From Cupriavidus necator (lineage in GTDB: Bacteria; Pseudomonadota; Gammaproteobacteria; Burkholderiales; Burkholderiaceae), in contig NZ_CP066019.1 in assembly GCF_016127575.1 (NCBI RefSeq), positions 270,001 through 302,000 on the forward strand: a DNA stretch of 32,000 nt, read 5' to 3'. The notes below the pieces were generated by a model, which saw only the letters and a program-made list of their open reading frames with translations, was not told the DNA's origin and ran no database searches. How positions within the stretch are numbered: position 1 is the first letter of the stretch; each line of letters starts with the position of its first letter. The translations under genes and the position numbers were made by a program. Shown one piece after another: positions 18,741-27,234 of the stretch.

Positions 18741-18872
18741 GGGTTGTCTCCGGTACAAAGCCGCGTGGCGCGGGCCTCATGTCATGGATTGCGGCATCCC
18801 CGTCTTTTGCTTGCGCGAGGGTAGCTGCGGTGTTCAGGGCGGGGTCCGTGGCGCCCGTTCAGAAATCGCCGT

Positions 18873-20072
18873 TCAGAAAGTGGTGTGGCCACGTGCGGCC
18901 AGGTTGGCCATCAGGGCGCGTACGCCGAACGTCCACGGAGCGATACGGTCGCTGCGGCCCACGCGGTTGACCAGGCTGCCGAGCTGGCGGCTGGAGATGG
19001 TGACAAGATCGCCATCCTTGTGGGTGAAGCCGCCGCCCGCGGTGTCGCGGTCTTCCACCGGCGCGAACAGCGTACCGAGGAACAGCATGGCGCCATCGGG
19101 ATACTGGTGGGTCGCCCCCATTACCTGCTCGGCCAGCTCCAGCGGGTCGCGCGTGATCTGGTCCATCGAGCTGGTGCCGGACAACACGAAGCCATCCAGG
19201 CCATCGACGCGCAGATCCACCGTCGCCCGCCGCACGTCGTCGAGCGAGAGGCTCTGGTCGAACAGGCGCAGGAACGGGCCGATCGCGCAGGATCCGTTAT
19301 TGTCCTTGGCCTTGCCCAGCAGCAGCGCACTGCGGCCCTCGAAGTCGCGCAGGTTGACGTCATTGCCCAGCGTGGCGCCGAGCACATCACCGCGGCTGTT
19401 GATGGCCAGCACGATCTCGGGTTCCGGATTGTTCCATGCCGAGCCGGGATGCAGGCCGATTTCCGTACCGGTGCCAAGCGCCGAAAGCAGCGGTGCCTTG
19501 GTGAAGATCTCGGCGTCCGGGCCGATGCCCACCTCAAGGTATTGCGACCACATGCCATGCTCGATCAGCAAGGCCTTGAGTTCGCCCGCCTCGCGGGAAC
19601 CCGGCCGGATCCGGGACAGGCGCTCGCCCACCAACGCCTGGATCCGGTTGCGGACCTCGGCGGCGCCTTGCGGGTCGCCCTTGGTCTGCTCTTCGATGAC
19701 ACGCTCGACCAGGCTGCCGGCAAAGGTCACGCCTGCCGCCTTGATCACCTGCAGGTCGCATGGCGCCAGCAGGCGGGCCACGCTGTCGCTGCCGCGCGGA
19801 TCGGCCGTGTTGGCCAGCAGGTCGTCGAGCTTGCCGATCCAGCGGCCGGGCGTATTGTGCACGACCGTCACCGGATCGCCCTGTTCGAGCAGGGTGCTCA
19901 TGGTCGGAGCGACATCCGATATGTCGAATACCCCAGCCGGCCGCAGGACCACGACAGCCGGGCCGGCCGGAGCGCCGTCACTGGCCGGGATCCATGCGCG
20001 GCCGACCAGCGTCCCCGCCAGCCCGTCGGCAGGAAGCGTTTGCGTTGCGCTGAGCGTGAGCGGCAATGCCAT
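18873..20072 (-). CDS. Fumarylacetoacetate-hydrolase (FAH) family protein, 2-keto-3-deoxy-sugar-acid dehydratase type (XylX/KdaD-like)
   Basis: The protein is 399 aa. The FAH core contains EPEIVLAINSRGDVLGATLGNDVNLRDFE and GTLFAP. A GGAGA RBS lies upstream of the ATG at 20072. Its operon context is a dehydratase and KGSADH. Confidence 0.7.
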   Translation of the reverse strand: MALPLTLSATQTLPADGLAGTLVGRAWIPASDGAPAGPAVVVLRPAGVFDISDVAPTMSTLLEQGDPVTVVHNTPGRWIGKLDDLLANTADPRGSDSVARLLAPCDLQVIKAAGVTFAGSLVERVIEEQTKGDPQGAAEVRNRIQALVGERLSRIRPGSREAGELKALLIEHGMWSQYLEVGIGPDAEIFTKAPLLSALGTGTEIGLHPGSAWNNPEPEIVLAINSRGDVLGATLGNDVNLRDFEGRSALLLGKAKDNNGSCAIGPFLRLFDQSLSLDDVRRATVDLRVDGLDGFVLSGTSSMDQITRDPLELAEQVMGATHQYPDGAMLFLGTLFAPVEDRDTAGGGFTHKDGDLVTISSRQLGSLVNRVGRSDRIAPWTFGVRALMANLAARGHTTF

Positions 20073-20160
20073 CGATTGTCTCCACCTGATGTTGTTGTCA
20101 TGAGCGCCGCGACCACCGCGGCGTCGGGTGGAACTCTACGTGGCAGTCCCATAAACATCC

Positions 20161-20185
20161 AATCGATTATTGGGTAGAATCGATT
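20161..20185. promoter_or_regulatory. LysR-type box AATCGAT-N11-ATCGATT (T-N11-A dyad) in the divergent FAH/LysR promoter region
   Basis: ATCGAT occurs at 20162..20167 and at 20179..20184, exactly 11 nt apart. The site is 38 bp upstream of the LysR ATG. A third ATCGAT overlaps the FAH start codon (20071..20076). Confidence 0.5.
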
Positions 20186-20222
20186 CCGTTTAGTTATTGA
20201 TTCAGCCGGGTTTACCCCCTTC

Positions 20223-21161
20223 ATGGCCAGACAGACTGCTTCCGCCCCTTCCGCCGTGCTCGCCAAGCTGCGCTTCCGGCACCTGCAGCTGTTGGATGTG
20301 CTGGGACGCAGCCGCAACCTGCGCATCGCGGCCGAGCAATTGCATATCACCCAGCCGGCTGCCACGAAGATACTGAGCGATATTGAAGACACCCTGCAGG
20401 CCAGGCTGTTCGATCGCTTGCCAAGGGATATGCGCCCGACCGAATTGGGCGAGTTCGCGCTGCGCTACGCGTCGACGGCGCTGGCCGAGCTCGGCAAGTT
20501 TGTGAGCGAGCTGGAAGCGCTACGGGCCGGCGGGCACGGCCACCTCACCGTTGGCGCGATTTCGGCGTCGGCCGCGCAGGTGGTGACCACGGCGATCCGC
20601 GAGATCCTGCAGCAGCGCCCGCGGCTGGTCGTCAAGCTGATCGAGCAGAGCAGTGACCAGCTCGCCGTCTGGCTGGAGGACCGGAAGCTGGATATCATGG
20701 TCGGGCGTCTGACCGAGCCACGGCACCAGGCGATCTTCGATTTCGAGGCACTGTCGCCAGAGCCGGTATGGGTCGTCTGCCGGCCGGGACATCCCCTGCT
20801 GGACAGGCCCACGCTGGAAATTGCCGACATCGGCGCATGGCCGTGGATCCTTTACCCGCAGCTCACCGCCATCCGGCAACTGTTCGATGAAACCATTGCG
20901 GCGGCAGGCATCCAGGGCCTGGTCGGCATGGTGGAAACACCGTCAATCTTTTCCACCCTGGAACTGCTGCAGGCGACGGATATGCTTTCGCTGCAGCCGC
21001 GCGCCGTGGTCGAGCGCTTCGTCGCGGAAGGCATGCTGGCGCACGTGCCGGTGCCGATCCGGCGCGCCATGTCGAGCTACGGCATTGTCACCCGCAAGAA
21101 TGAGCTGCCGTCGGAGGCCATGCTGCAGTTCATGGCGGCACTACGGGCGGCGGCCCGGTGA
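20223..21161 (+). CDS. LysR-family transcriptional regulator
   Basis: The HTH reads LRFRHLQLLDVLGRSRNLRIAAEQLHITQPAATKILSDIEDTLQARLFDR, followed by a LysR substrate-binding domain. The gene is divergent from the catabolic operon. Confidence 0.9.
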   Translation: MARQTASAPSAVLAKLRFRHLQLLDVLGRSRNLRIAAEQLHITQPAATKILSDIEDTLQARLFDRLPRDMRPTELGEFALRYASTALAELGKFVSELEALRAGGHGHLTVGAISASAAQVVTTAIREILQQRPRLVVKLIEQSSDQLAVWLEDRKLDIMVGRLTEPRHQAIFDFEALSPEPVWVVCRPGHPLLDRPTLEIADIGAWPWILYPQLTAIRQLFDETIAAAGIQGLVGMVETPSIFSTLELLQATDMLSLQPRAVVERFVAEGMLAHVPVPIRRAMSSYGIVTRKNELPSEAMLQFMAALRAAAR

Positions 21162-21279
21162 GACGGCACGGGGATCGGAGATAGCAGGCGGGTCGGATGC
21201 GCTGGCCCGGTGTAGACGTGAATATTGCTCCCTGGTATTCGAAATGTCCGTGGCCCTCGAAAGCGGCAACGGACCGTCA

Positions 21280-22416
21280 TCAGCCAGGGCCCATGCACGC
21301 ACCAAGTTCGCTCAGCAGGTGAGCGAGGCTGGCCTGGCTGCCGGTCTCGGTCTTGTTGAAGATCGCCTTGAGCTGGCTGCGGGCAGTCTCGTGGCGGATG
21401 CCGAGCCGCGCGCAGGCTTCGGGCAGCCCGATGCCCGCGGTGAGCACGGTCGCCAGTCGAACCTCGGATGCGGTGAGGCCATACAGTTCGCGTAGCACGC
21501 CCGCCAGCAGGGGCTGGGGCGGAGCAGCGCCGACCTCGCGGACTGCAACCAGGGCGGCGGGGCGCTGCCATCGGCTGGCCAGGCGATGGGCCGGCGGCAG
21601 CGGCAGCACGATGACGCTTGCGCTGTGCCCGCTATCGTCACGGGCATGCGCGGCCTGGGCCGGCATGGCCGCTTCAGGGCTGCAGGCCGCAGCCAGCATC
21701 TCCCGGAACGGCCGGCTCAGGCACCAGTCGTCATGGCACGCCCGGGCTCCGGGCTCACCCTGCTTGCCCGGCAACAGCCGCCTCACCCAGTGTTCGCCAC
21801 GGGCATTGCTGAGCAGCACCTTGCCGTCGGGCGCGACGACGATCAGGCCAAAGGGGAGTCGTTCCAGCACTTGCGCAGACAGTTCACCGAGCATGGTGAC
21901 GTCCAGCGTGCGCTCGCGCAGGCTCAGTGCCTGACGCAGGTGCGGGATGGCCCAGCCTAGCCGGCGCGCGTCGTCAGCGTGGAACGGTTGTTGTCCGAGC
22001 GGCTTTTGCAGCGACAAATAGATTTCGCGGTGCGGCTTGCGCTCGACCAGGCAGCCCATGACGGAACTCAGATTGAACCCGTGCATGAACTCGCTATAAA
22101 AGGGCAGCCGGCTCATATTTGCCAGGCCCAGGTCGCGCGAATCGATATACCAGTCACCCACCGCCATCTGGCGCGTGTATGTCCGCGACGGGTCCTCGGC
22201 CTGGTAGTGGTCGTTGTAGGCGTCGACCAGTTCCTGGTTCAGGGCATGGATCTCGCTGACCCGCAACCGCTGGCTGAGCGCGTCGAACTCCACCAGCGCG
22301 GCGTGCATGCTTTCACTGGCATCGCGCAGCAGGGCCAGGCTGGACTGCCAGGCGGCTTCGTCAAGGATGCCCTCGTACAGACCTCGTATGGTCTGATGCA
22401 TCACTTCTTCTTCCAT
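21280..22416 (-). CDS. LuxR-family (GerE-type HTH) transcriptional regulator with an uncharacterised N-terminal sensor region
   Basis: The C-terminal HTH reads LTASEVRLATVLTAGIGLPEACARLGIRHETARSQLKAIFNKT. The start was chosen at the ATG at 22416 (MEEEVMHQ), which has a GGGGGGAG upstream; 22401 is an alternative. The track ORF extends to 22731 with no support. Confidence 0.8.
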   Translation of the reverse strand: MEEEVMHQTIRGLYEGILDEAAWQSSLALLRDASESMHAALVEFDALSQRLRVSEIHALNQELVDAYNDHYQAEDPSRTYTRQMAVGDWYIDSRDLGLANMSRLPFYSEFMHGFNLSSVMGCLVERKPHREIYLSLQKPLGQQPFHADDARRLGWAIPHLRQALSLRERTLDVTMLGELSAQVLERLPFGLIVVAPDGKVLLSNARGEHWVRRLLPGKQGEPGARACHDDWCLSRPFREMLAAACSPEAAMPAQAAHARDDSGHSASVIVLPLPPAHRLASRWQRPAALVAVREVGAAPPQPLLAGVLRELYGLTASEVRLATVLTAGIGLPEACARLGIRHETARSQLKAIFNKTETGSQASLAHLLSELGACMGPG

Positions 22417-22609
22417 CGCGCTCCCCCCTGGGCGCCTGCGCCGCGCACCTGCCGGGGGGGTTACCCCGCGCGGCCTGATTGCCCGCCTTGCTCTGTATGA
22501 CTTGTCCCCCATTCGGGGGGATGCAAGGACAATACGAGATCCGCCACGCCCGTACTTGCGGTTTCTTGCGAATAATTCTGGGGAGCAGGCTTGTGCGTCG
22601 GCTGTCAGG

Positions 22610-23548
22610 TCAGGCTTGCCTGGCCTGCACATGCGCATTGCGGCGGAAATCGCTTGGCGATGCCCCGCTGAACTTGCGGAAGGCAGCGAAGAATTGTGTG
22701 TAGGAATCGAACCCGCTTGCGGCCGCCACATCGGACAGGGACATATCGGGGTGGCGCCGTATCAGTTTGCGCGCATACTCGACGCGGCAACTCAGCACGT
22801 ATTGCCAAAGGCTGACCTGGCGCGTCTTGCGGAACATCCGGCACAGGTGGAAGGGGCTGATATGAACCGCTGCGGCGATCGCGTCGATGGTGAGCGGCTG
22901 AGACAGGTGGGCGAGGATGAAATCGTCCAGCCGCGCCAGCGTGTGCCTGGACAAAAGGCCCCGTTGCCCTGCCAGAGCGCTTGCGTCCTGCCTCCCGCCG
23001 CCATAGAGGAGGCCCACGCGCAGGCTGATGGCCAGCAGCAAGGATTGGTCGAGCAGGCTGCCGCCCACGCTGCCGCCCCGGACATGGGCGTCCAGCGCCA
23101 GCACCAGTTGCACCAGGCCATTGTCGGCGCCGCCGGCGAAGTCCGAGCGCAGCTCGGGCGCGCTGCGTTCGTGCGTCTGTTCATGCGCCAGGACAACGGC
23201 ATCGGGCCGCACGGAAAAATAGATGGCATCCAGCGGGGCTGACCAGGCGCTGGAAAGCGCATCGCCTGCGGCGCGAAAATAGACCTGGTTTGGCGCCATC
23301 GCCCCGTCCAGGCGCCGCCCGTTGACGTGCCAGCGGATCGCGACGGGATGCCGGCCGATCGGGACGGCCAGGCAGTGCACGGGCATGACCGTGGTGTCCA
23401 GGGCGCCGGCGGGCAGCAGGTGGCGCTCCAGTACAAAGCCGTCCCAGTGAGAAGTCGCGCTGCCATAGCGCGGCGTGGTAGGGATCGCTGGCATGGTGCC
23501 GCCGGCCGTTGTTGCCAGCAACTGGGTGCGTGGAGGAGTCTGGCCCAT
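22610..23548 (-). CDS. AraC-family transcriptional regulator
   Basis: The C-terminal double HTH reads LTIDAIAAAVHISPFHLCRMFRK...SLSDVAAASGFDSYTQFFAAFRKFSGASPSDFRR. The N-terminal domain is cupin-like. An alternative start lies at 23494 (MPAIPT). Confidence 0.85.
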   Translation of the reverse strand: MGQTPPRTQLLATTAGGTMPAIPTTPRYGSATSHWDGFVLERHLLPAGALDTTVMPVHCLAVPIGRHPVAIRWHVNGRRLDGAMAPNQVYFRAAGDALSSAWSAPLDAIYFSVRPDAVVLAHEQTHERSAPELRSDFAGGADNGLVQLVLALDAHVRGGSVGGSLLDQSLLLAISLRVGLLYGGGRQDASALAGQRGLLSRHTLARLDDFILAHLSQPLTIDAIAAAVHISPFHLCRMFRKTRQVSLWQYVLSCRVEYARKLIRRHPDMSLSDVAAASGFDSYTQFFAAFRKFSGASPSDFRRNAHVQARQA

Positions 23549-23837
23549 GGTTGGCGCGGGTCAACCCGCTCCCAACATCGCGGGCAAGGCGAGATATACG
23601 GTATTTTTCATCTTTTTGTACCGTCACCTTTCGCTACTGCCTTGGCGGCAGGTCGTGCGCTATGTGTGGAGCGAGTATATACAGCTTGTGGTCGTTTTAG
23701 CGGTTTGGTGGCGTTCCAGCAAACTGCCGCTTCCGACCCTGAGCAGCCTCTCGACTACTGCAGGGGGCGGCTTCGGCAGTCGAGGGGGCCGGGCCATGCA
23801 GCAAATTGCCAACAGTCTGGGCGGCCCGGTTTCGAGT

Positions 23838-25151
23838 TCAACCCTTCTTTTGCCGGATCAACTGCATCAGCTCCTCGCGGTCTGCTTCCAGAATGGACCG
23901 GACCGACGTTGAGGGCCGGCGCCTGGCTCGATCCATGAAGGCTTCCGGCAGGAAGTAGTCCGACAGCGCGTCCATGCGTTTCGGCCCGAGGCGGTTGCCC
24001 AACCACTCGGCCACATCGCTATCGAAGAACGGGAAGTTCTTCTTCGAAGGCCGATGCACGGCGATCGCCCTCAACTTCGTGGTGTTGATGATGTCTGATA
24101 CGTCGCCGTCGAAGCTGAGCACCTCCGCCACATAAAAGTCCACGTGAGGAGCCTGGTCAGGAGTGACGGAGGTCAAGGCATCCAGGGCGCGAGGAATGTA
24201 CATGTCCCAAGCGCAGTTTCTGATCAGCGCGAGGGGATCGGCATGGTTCTGGATGGAATTGAGCTTCCTGGAGATCCTTGATCGGTTGCTGCGCAGCAGG
24301 ATGTCACCGCAGACGATCAGCTCCCGTAGCATGATTGTGGACAGTTCTTCGTGCATGTACTCGACCAACTGCGCCAGCTTGTGCTCCTTGGCCTTGTTGG
24401 AACTCAGCTCGATGATCTGGCTCCGAACCAGGATCGCCTCCATCAGATCGAGCTGGTCCTCCAGGCCGGCGAAAAGCCCAGCCTTCAGGTTCCGTTCGAA
24501 TTCCGCCATCAGGCCGGTGGCAAAATTCTCTGCACTCTCACGGAACTCCGCGCGGAAGCGCCGACCCCATTCCGCAGTCAGCTTGCTGCCGGAGGACGAC
24601 AGCGCATGGATCGCGGCTACTGACTCTTTGCATCTGGCGACCGTCTCATCGTTCCAGGACCGGAGCGCCTCCCACAGATACAGATAGGGGTTGAGCTGTT
24701 GCAGCCTTGGTCCGATCTGGTTGATCAGATCAGCCCGGTTCAACGCTTCCGGAGACGGGTTGTCCTGGTAGGCGATCTTGCGAATATAGGTGGCCGCATT
24801 GGAGTCTACGAACATGGCCGAGCCGCCGTGAAAGCCCATTGGCCCGGATTGCGAGACAAATGGCGCGTCCATCAGCCATAGCGATTTCCCGCGGAATACA
24901 GACGTCGCAACGCCGGCGGGGCCTAGTGTCCGATCCAGCAGCTTGATGGATCCGGCGTTGCTCTCCTCCGCAAAGATGATCTGCCATTCCTCCAAGGCGG
25001 CCGCGTTCTTCTCGAACCGGCGGTGGGCTTCCAGCGCATTGGGAGCCGAACAGATTTCCTGCACCAGTTGCTGGTCGGAGAGTTGTCGGGACGGTGTTGG
25101 TTCGGGAGATGCGGACATTGGGGAGGTCGGGAAGAGGTGACTGGCGGTCAT
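23838..25151 (-). CDS. Hypothetical protein (437 aa), no family recognised; lower GC and atypical codon usage
   Basis: The ORF is long and uninterrupted. The ATG at 25151 has an AAGGAA RBS 8 nt upstream and overlaps the LysR stop (ATGA at 25151..25153 and 25149..25151). It uses many codons that are rare in the neighbouring genes (AGA, AGG, CTA, GTA, TCA, AAT, TAT, TTT, ATT). No TM segment or signal peptide is present. Confidence 0.6.
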   Translation of the reverse strand: MTASHLFPTSPMSASPEPTPSRQLSDQQLVQEICSAPNALEAHRRFEKNAAALEEWQIIFAEESNAGSIKLLDRTLGPAGVATSVFRGKSLWLMDAPFVSQSGPMGFHGGSAMFVDSNAATYIRKIAYQDNPSPEALNRADLINQIGPRLQQLNPYLYLWEALRSWNDETVARCKESVAAIHALSSSGSKLTAEWGRRFRAEFRESAENFATGLMAEFERNLKAGLFAGLEDQLDLMEAILVRSQIIELSSNKAKEHKLAQLVEYMHEELSTIMLRELIVCGDILLRSNRSRISRKLNSIQNHADPLALIRNCAWDMYIPRALDALTSVTPDQAPHVDFYVAEVLSFDGDVSDIINTTKLRAIAVHRPSKKNFPFFDSDVAEWLGNRLGPKRMDALSDYFLPEAFMDRARRRPSTSVRSILEADREELMQLIRQKKG

Positions 25152-26116
25152 CAGAACCGTTCCTTGCACAGAGTCTTCAGCGTGCGCACAAAAGTCGCCA
25201 TGGTAGGTGAGTCACCCGCACCCTGGCGCCGGTAAAGCGCCACCGGCGGCAGCGGCCACTCCAGGTCGCAGGGCACGCTGGCCACGTGCGCGCGGGTGGA
25301 CAGATCGTGCGCCACGTCGGCAGGCACGATGGCCACCATCGACGGGTTGCGCTCGATCATGCGGCCGACGATCTTGAGCGAATGGGTTTCGATGGCCGGC
25401 ACCGGTGGCTCTTCGCCCACGTGCAGGAAGAGGTCCAGCACCGAGGCACCCAGCGCCGTTCCCGCGGGCGGCAGGACCCAGTCCATGGTGGCGAGCTCGT
25501 GCCAGTCCAGCGCGCGCTTGCCCAGATGCCTGGCAGTCTTGAGGTGGCACACCAGCGCAGGGCGCTGGCGGAACAGGATGTCGCAGCGCAGGTCACGCAC
25601 CTGTGCCGCGCCGCGCGCGCGTGCCACCACGCCTTCGAGCCTGTGCTCGCGAAGCAGCGCCAGCAGGCGGTCGCTACTGGCTTCCTCCACCGAGAACACG
25701 AACGGCCCGACCTGCTCGCGCGTGTGCGAGAGCGTGTCGCACAGCAACTGGCCGGACAGGTAGTGGATCACGCCGATGCTGAGCCGCTCGGTGAAGCCCA
25801 GGCGGGCTGCGGCCATGTCGTTGGCCCAGTCCTGCAGGTCGACCAGCAGGCGCGATGCGCGCGAGATCGCGATGCACCCCACCGGCGTGGGCGTGACGCC
25901 ACCGCGTTGCCGCGTGAACAGAGCAGTGCCCATCATGGATTCGACCTCGGCCAGCATCTGCGTCAAGTAGGGCTGGGTCACCCCCCATTCCTGCGCCACG
26001 CGGGAAAGCGAGCCGTACTCGCTCAGCGCGACCAGCAGGTTGAGCTGGCGCGCCTTCAGGCGTGAGCGCATGCGGCCCAGCGTTTCAAGGGCCAGGGCGG
26101 TGAGTCGGTCGGGCAT
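25151..26116 (-). CDS. LysR-family transcriptional regulator
   Basis: The HTH reads LKARQLNLLVALSEYGSLSRVAQEWGVTQPYLTQMLAEVESMMGTALFTR, followed by a LysR substrate-binding domain. An alternative start at 26071 (MRSRLKARQL) would place the 26115..26130 dyad upstream of the gene. Confidence 0.85.
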   Translation of the reverse strand: MPDRLTALALETLGRMRSRLKARQLNLLVALSEYGSLSRVAQEWGVTQPYLTQMLAEVESMMGTALFTRQRGGVTPTPVGCIAISRASRLLVDLQDWANDMAAARLGFTERLSIGVIHYLSGQLLCDTLSHTREQVGPFVFSVEEASSDRLLALLREHRLEGVVARARGAAQVRDLRCDILFRQRPALVCHLKTARHLGKRALDWHELATMDWVLPPAGTALGASVLDLFLHVGEEPPVPAIETHSLKIVGRMIERNPSMVAIVPADVAHDLSTRAHVASVPCDLEWPLPPVALYRRQGAGDSPTMATFVRTLKTLCKERF

Positions 26117-26130
26117 AAGTATTTACTTAT
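26115..26130. promoter_or_regulatory. Dyad ATAAGTA-TT-TACTTAT in the divergent LysR/amidohydrolase region; candidate LysR-type operator
   Basis: The two 7-bp arms are perfect and were read directly. The dyad is AT-rich and lies 93 bp upstream of the amidohydrolase ATG. It overlaps the longest possible LysR start codon. Confidence 0.35.
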
Positions 26131-26222
26131 CCTGGTATCAAGATATCTGCCAATACGTTTATGCCAGATCACTACAGTAGTGTCTAGACATCCGTCACTC
26201 ACACACCACAGGAGCCCCCTAG

Positions 26223-27203
26223 ATGCCTGTCATCGATGTCCACACCCACATCTTCACAAAGCCCTGGCTGGAGCTGCTCAAGCGCAAGGGCGGCCTCTAC
26301 AACATCCAGCAGCGCCCCGACGGCCAGCACGAGGTATTCCGTGGCGACACGCCCGTGGTCATCCCACAGAAAGGACACTTCGACTACGATCTGCGCATCC
26401 AGCACATGGACGCGGCCGGCATCGATATCTCAGTCATGTCGCTGACTTGCCCCAATGTGTTCTGGGGCGACGAGGAAACCAGCTGCGAAGCGGCGCGCGA
26501 ATCCAACGATTCGCTGGCGCAGGCGCAGGCCGATCACCCGAGCCGGCTGCGTTGGTTCACGTCGCTGCCGTGGGAATACCCGCAGCGCGCGCTCGACGAG
26601 CTCAAGCGCACCTGCGACAACGGTGCGAGCGGCGTCATGGTGCTGGCCAACATCGCCGGCCGCAGCCTGACCGACCCGGCCTTCGCACCCATCTGGGCCG
26701 AAATCGACCGCCGCGCGCTGCCGGTGCTGGTGCACCCCACCGACCCGCCGGGCGCCGACCTGATGGACATGACCAAGTTCGACCTGAGCTGGTCGGTGGG
26801 CTTCATGTTCGACACCACGCTCGCCATCACGCGCATGATCTTCGAGGGCTTCTTCGACCAATACCCCAACCTCAAGATCATCGCCTCGCATGCGGGCGGT
26901 GCGTTGCCCTACCTGGCCGGCCGTTTCGGGAAGGGCCACGAGGTCGAGATCCCCCAGCGGCGCAAGATGCAGCGCACGCCCATCGACTACCTGCGCCACA
27001 TCCACTACGACTGCATCTCGTACAGTCCGGCTTCGCTGGAGTTCCTGATCTCGGTCGTCGGCGCCGACCGGGTGATGTTCGGCACCGACTGGCCGCACCA
27101 GGTTCACGACACGCGCGGGTCCTTCGCCAATACCGAGCGGCTGCCCGCCGCGCAGCGCGACGCCGTGCGTTCGGGCAATGCCATGCGAGTATTCGGTTTC
27201 TGA
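26223..27203 (+). CDS. Amidohydrolase_2 family protein (ACMSD/LigW/gamma-resorcylate-decarboxylase-like metal-dependent hydrolase or decarboxylase)
   Basis: The N-terminal metal motif is MPVIDVHTHIF. Further motifs are VLVHP, IIASHAGGALPYL and MFGTDWPH. An AGGAG RBS lies at 26210..26214. Confidence 0.8.
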   Translation: MPVIDVHTHIFTKPWLELLKRKGGLYNIQQRPDGQHEVFRGDTPVVIPQKGHFDYDLRIQHMDAAGIDISVMSLTCPNVFWGDEETSCEAARESNDSLAQAQADHPSRLRWFTSLPWEYPQRALDELKRTCDNGASGVMVLANIAGRSLTDPAFAPIWAEIDRRALPVLVHPTDPPGADLMDMTKFDLSWSVGFMFDTTLAITRMIFEGFFDQYPNLKIIASHAGGALPYLAGRFGKGHEVEIPQRRKMQRTPIDYLRHIHYDCISYSPASLEFLISVVGADRVMFGTDWPHQVHDTRGSFANTERLPAAQRDAVRSGNAMRVFGF

Positions 27204-27234
27204 TCGACTTCGGCTGACCAAGGAGACTCTCAGC

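Noticed and set aside
16680-18824. A 714-aa plus-strand ORF, the longest in the track.
   Set aside because: It is antisense to the well-supported MFS transporter and aldehyde dehydrogenase genes. Its translation is a low-complexity R/A/G/Q-rich string with no motifs. This is a typical shadow ORF of high-GC DNA.
18855-18879. A near-tandem duplication with a 14-nt period (CCGTTCAGAAA twice) spanning the FAH stop codon.
   Set aside because: There are only two copies, it is very short, and it has no associated structure or coding consequence. It is most simply a small replication-slippage duplication.
18739-20177. Plus-strand ORFs of 454 aa and 430 aa overlapping the FAH gene.
   Set aside because: They are antisense shadow frames of a gene with clear FAH-family motifs and a good RBS.
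21246-21274. Hairpins considered as terminators: GTCCGT..ACGGAC downstream of the LuxR gene and TCCCCC-ATTCG-GGGGGA at 22505..22521 downstream of the AraC gene.
   Set aside because: The stems are short (6 bp), with a long loop or no following T-tract. This is too weak to annotate as terminators.
23800-23837. A tRNA-like T-arm impression (GGTTTCGAGTTCAACC) and nearby stem-loops downstream of the orphan gene.
   Set aside because: No complementary T-stem, acceptor stem or anticodon arm can be drawn. The stem-loops (for example CTCGAC..GTCGAG at about 23750..23785) have bulges and no T-tract.
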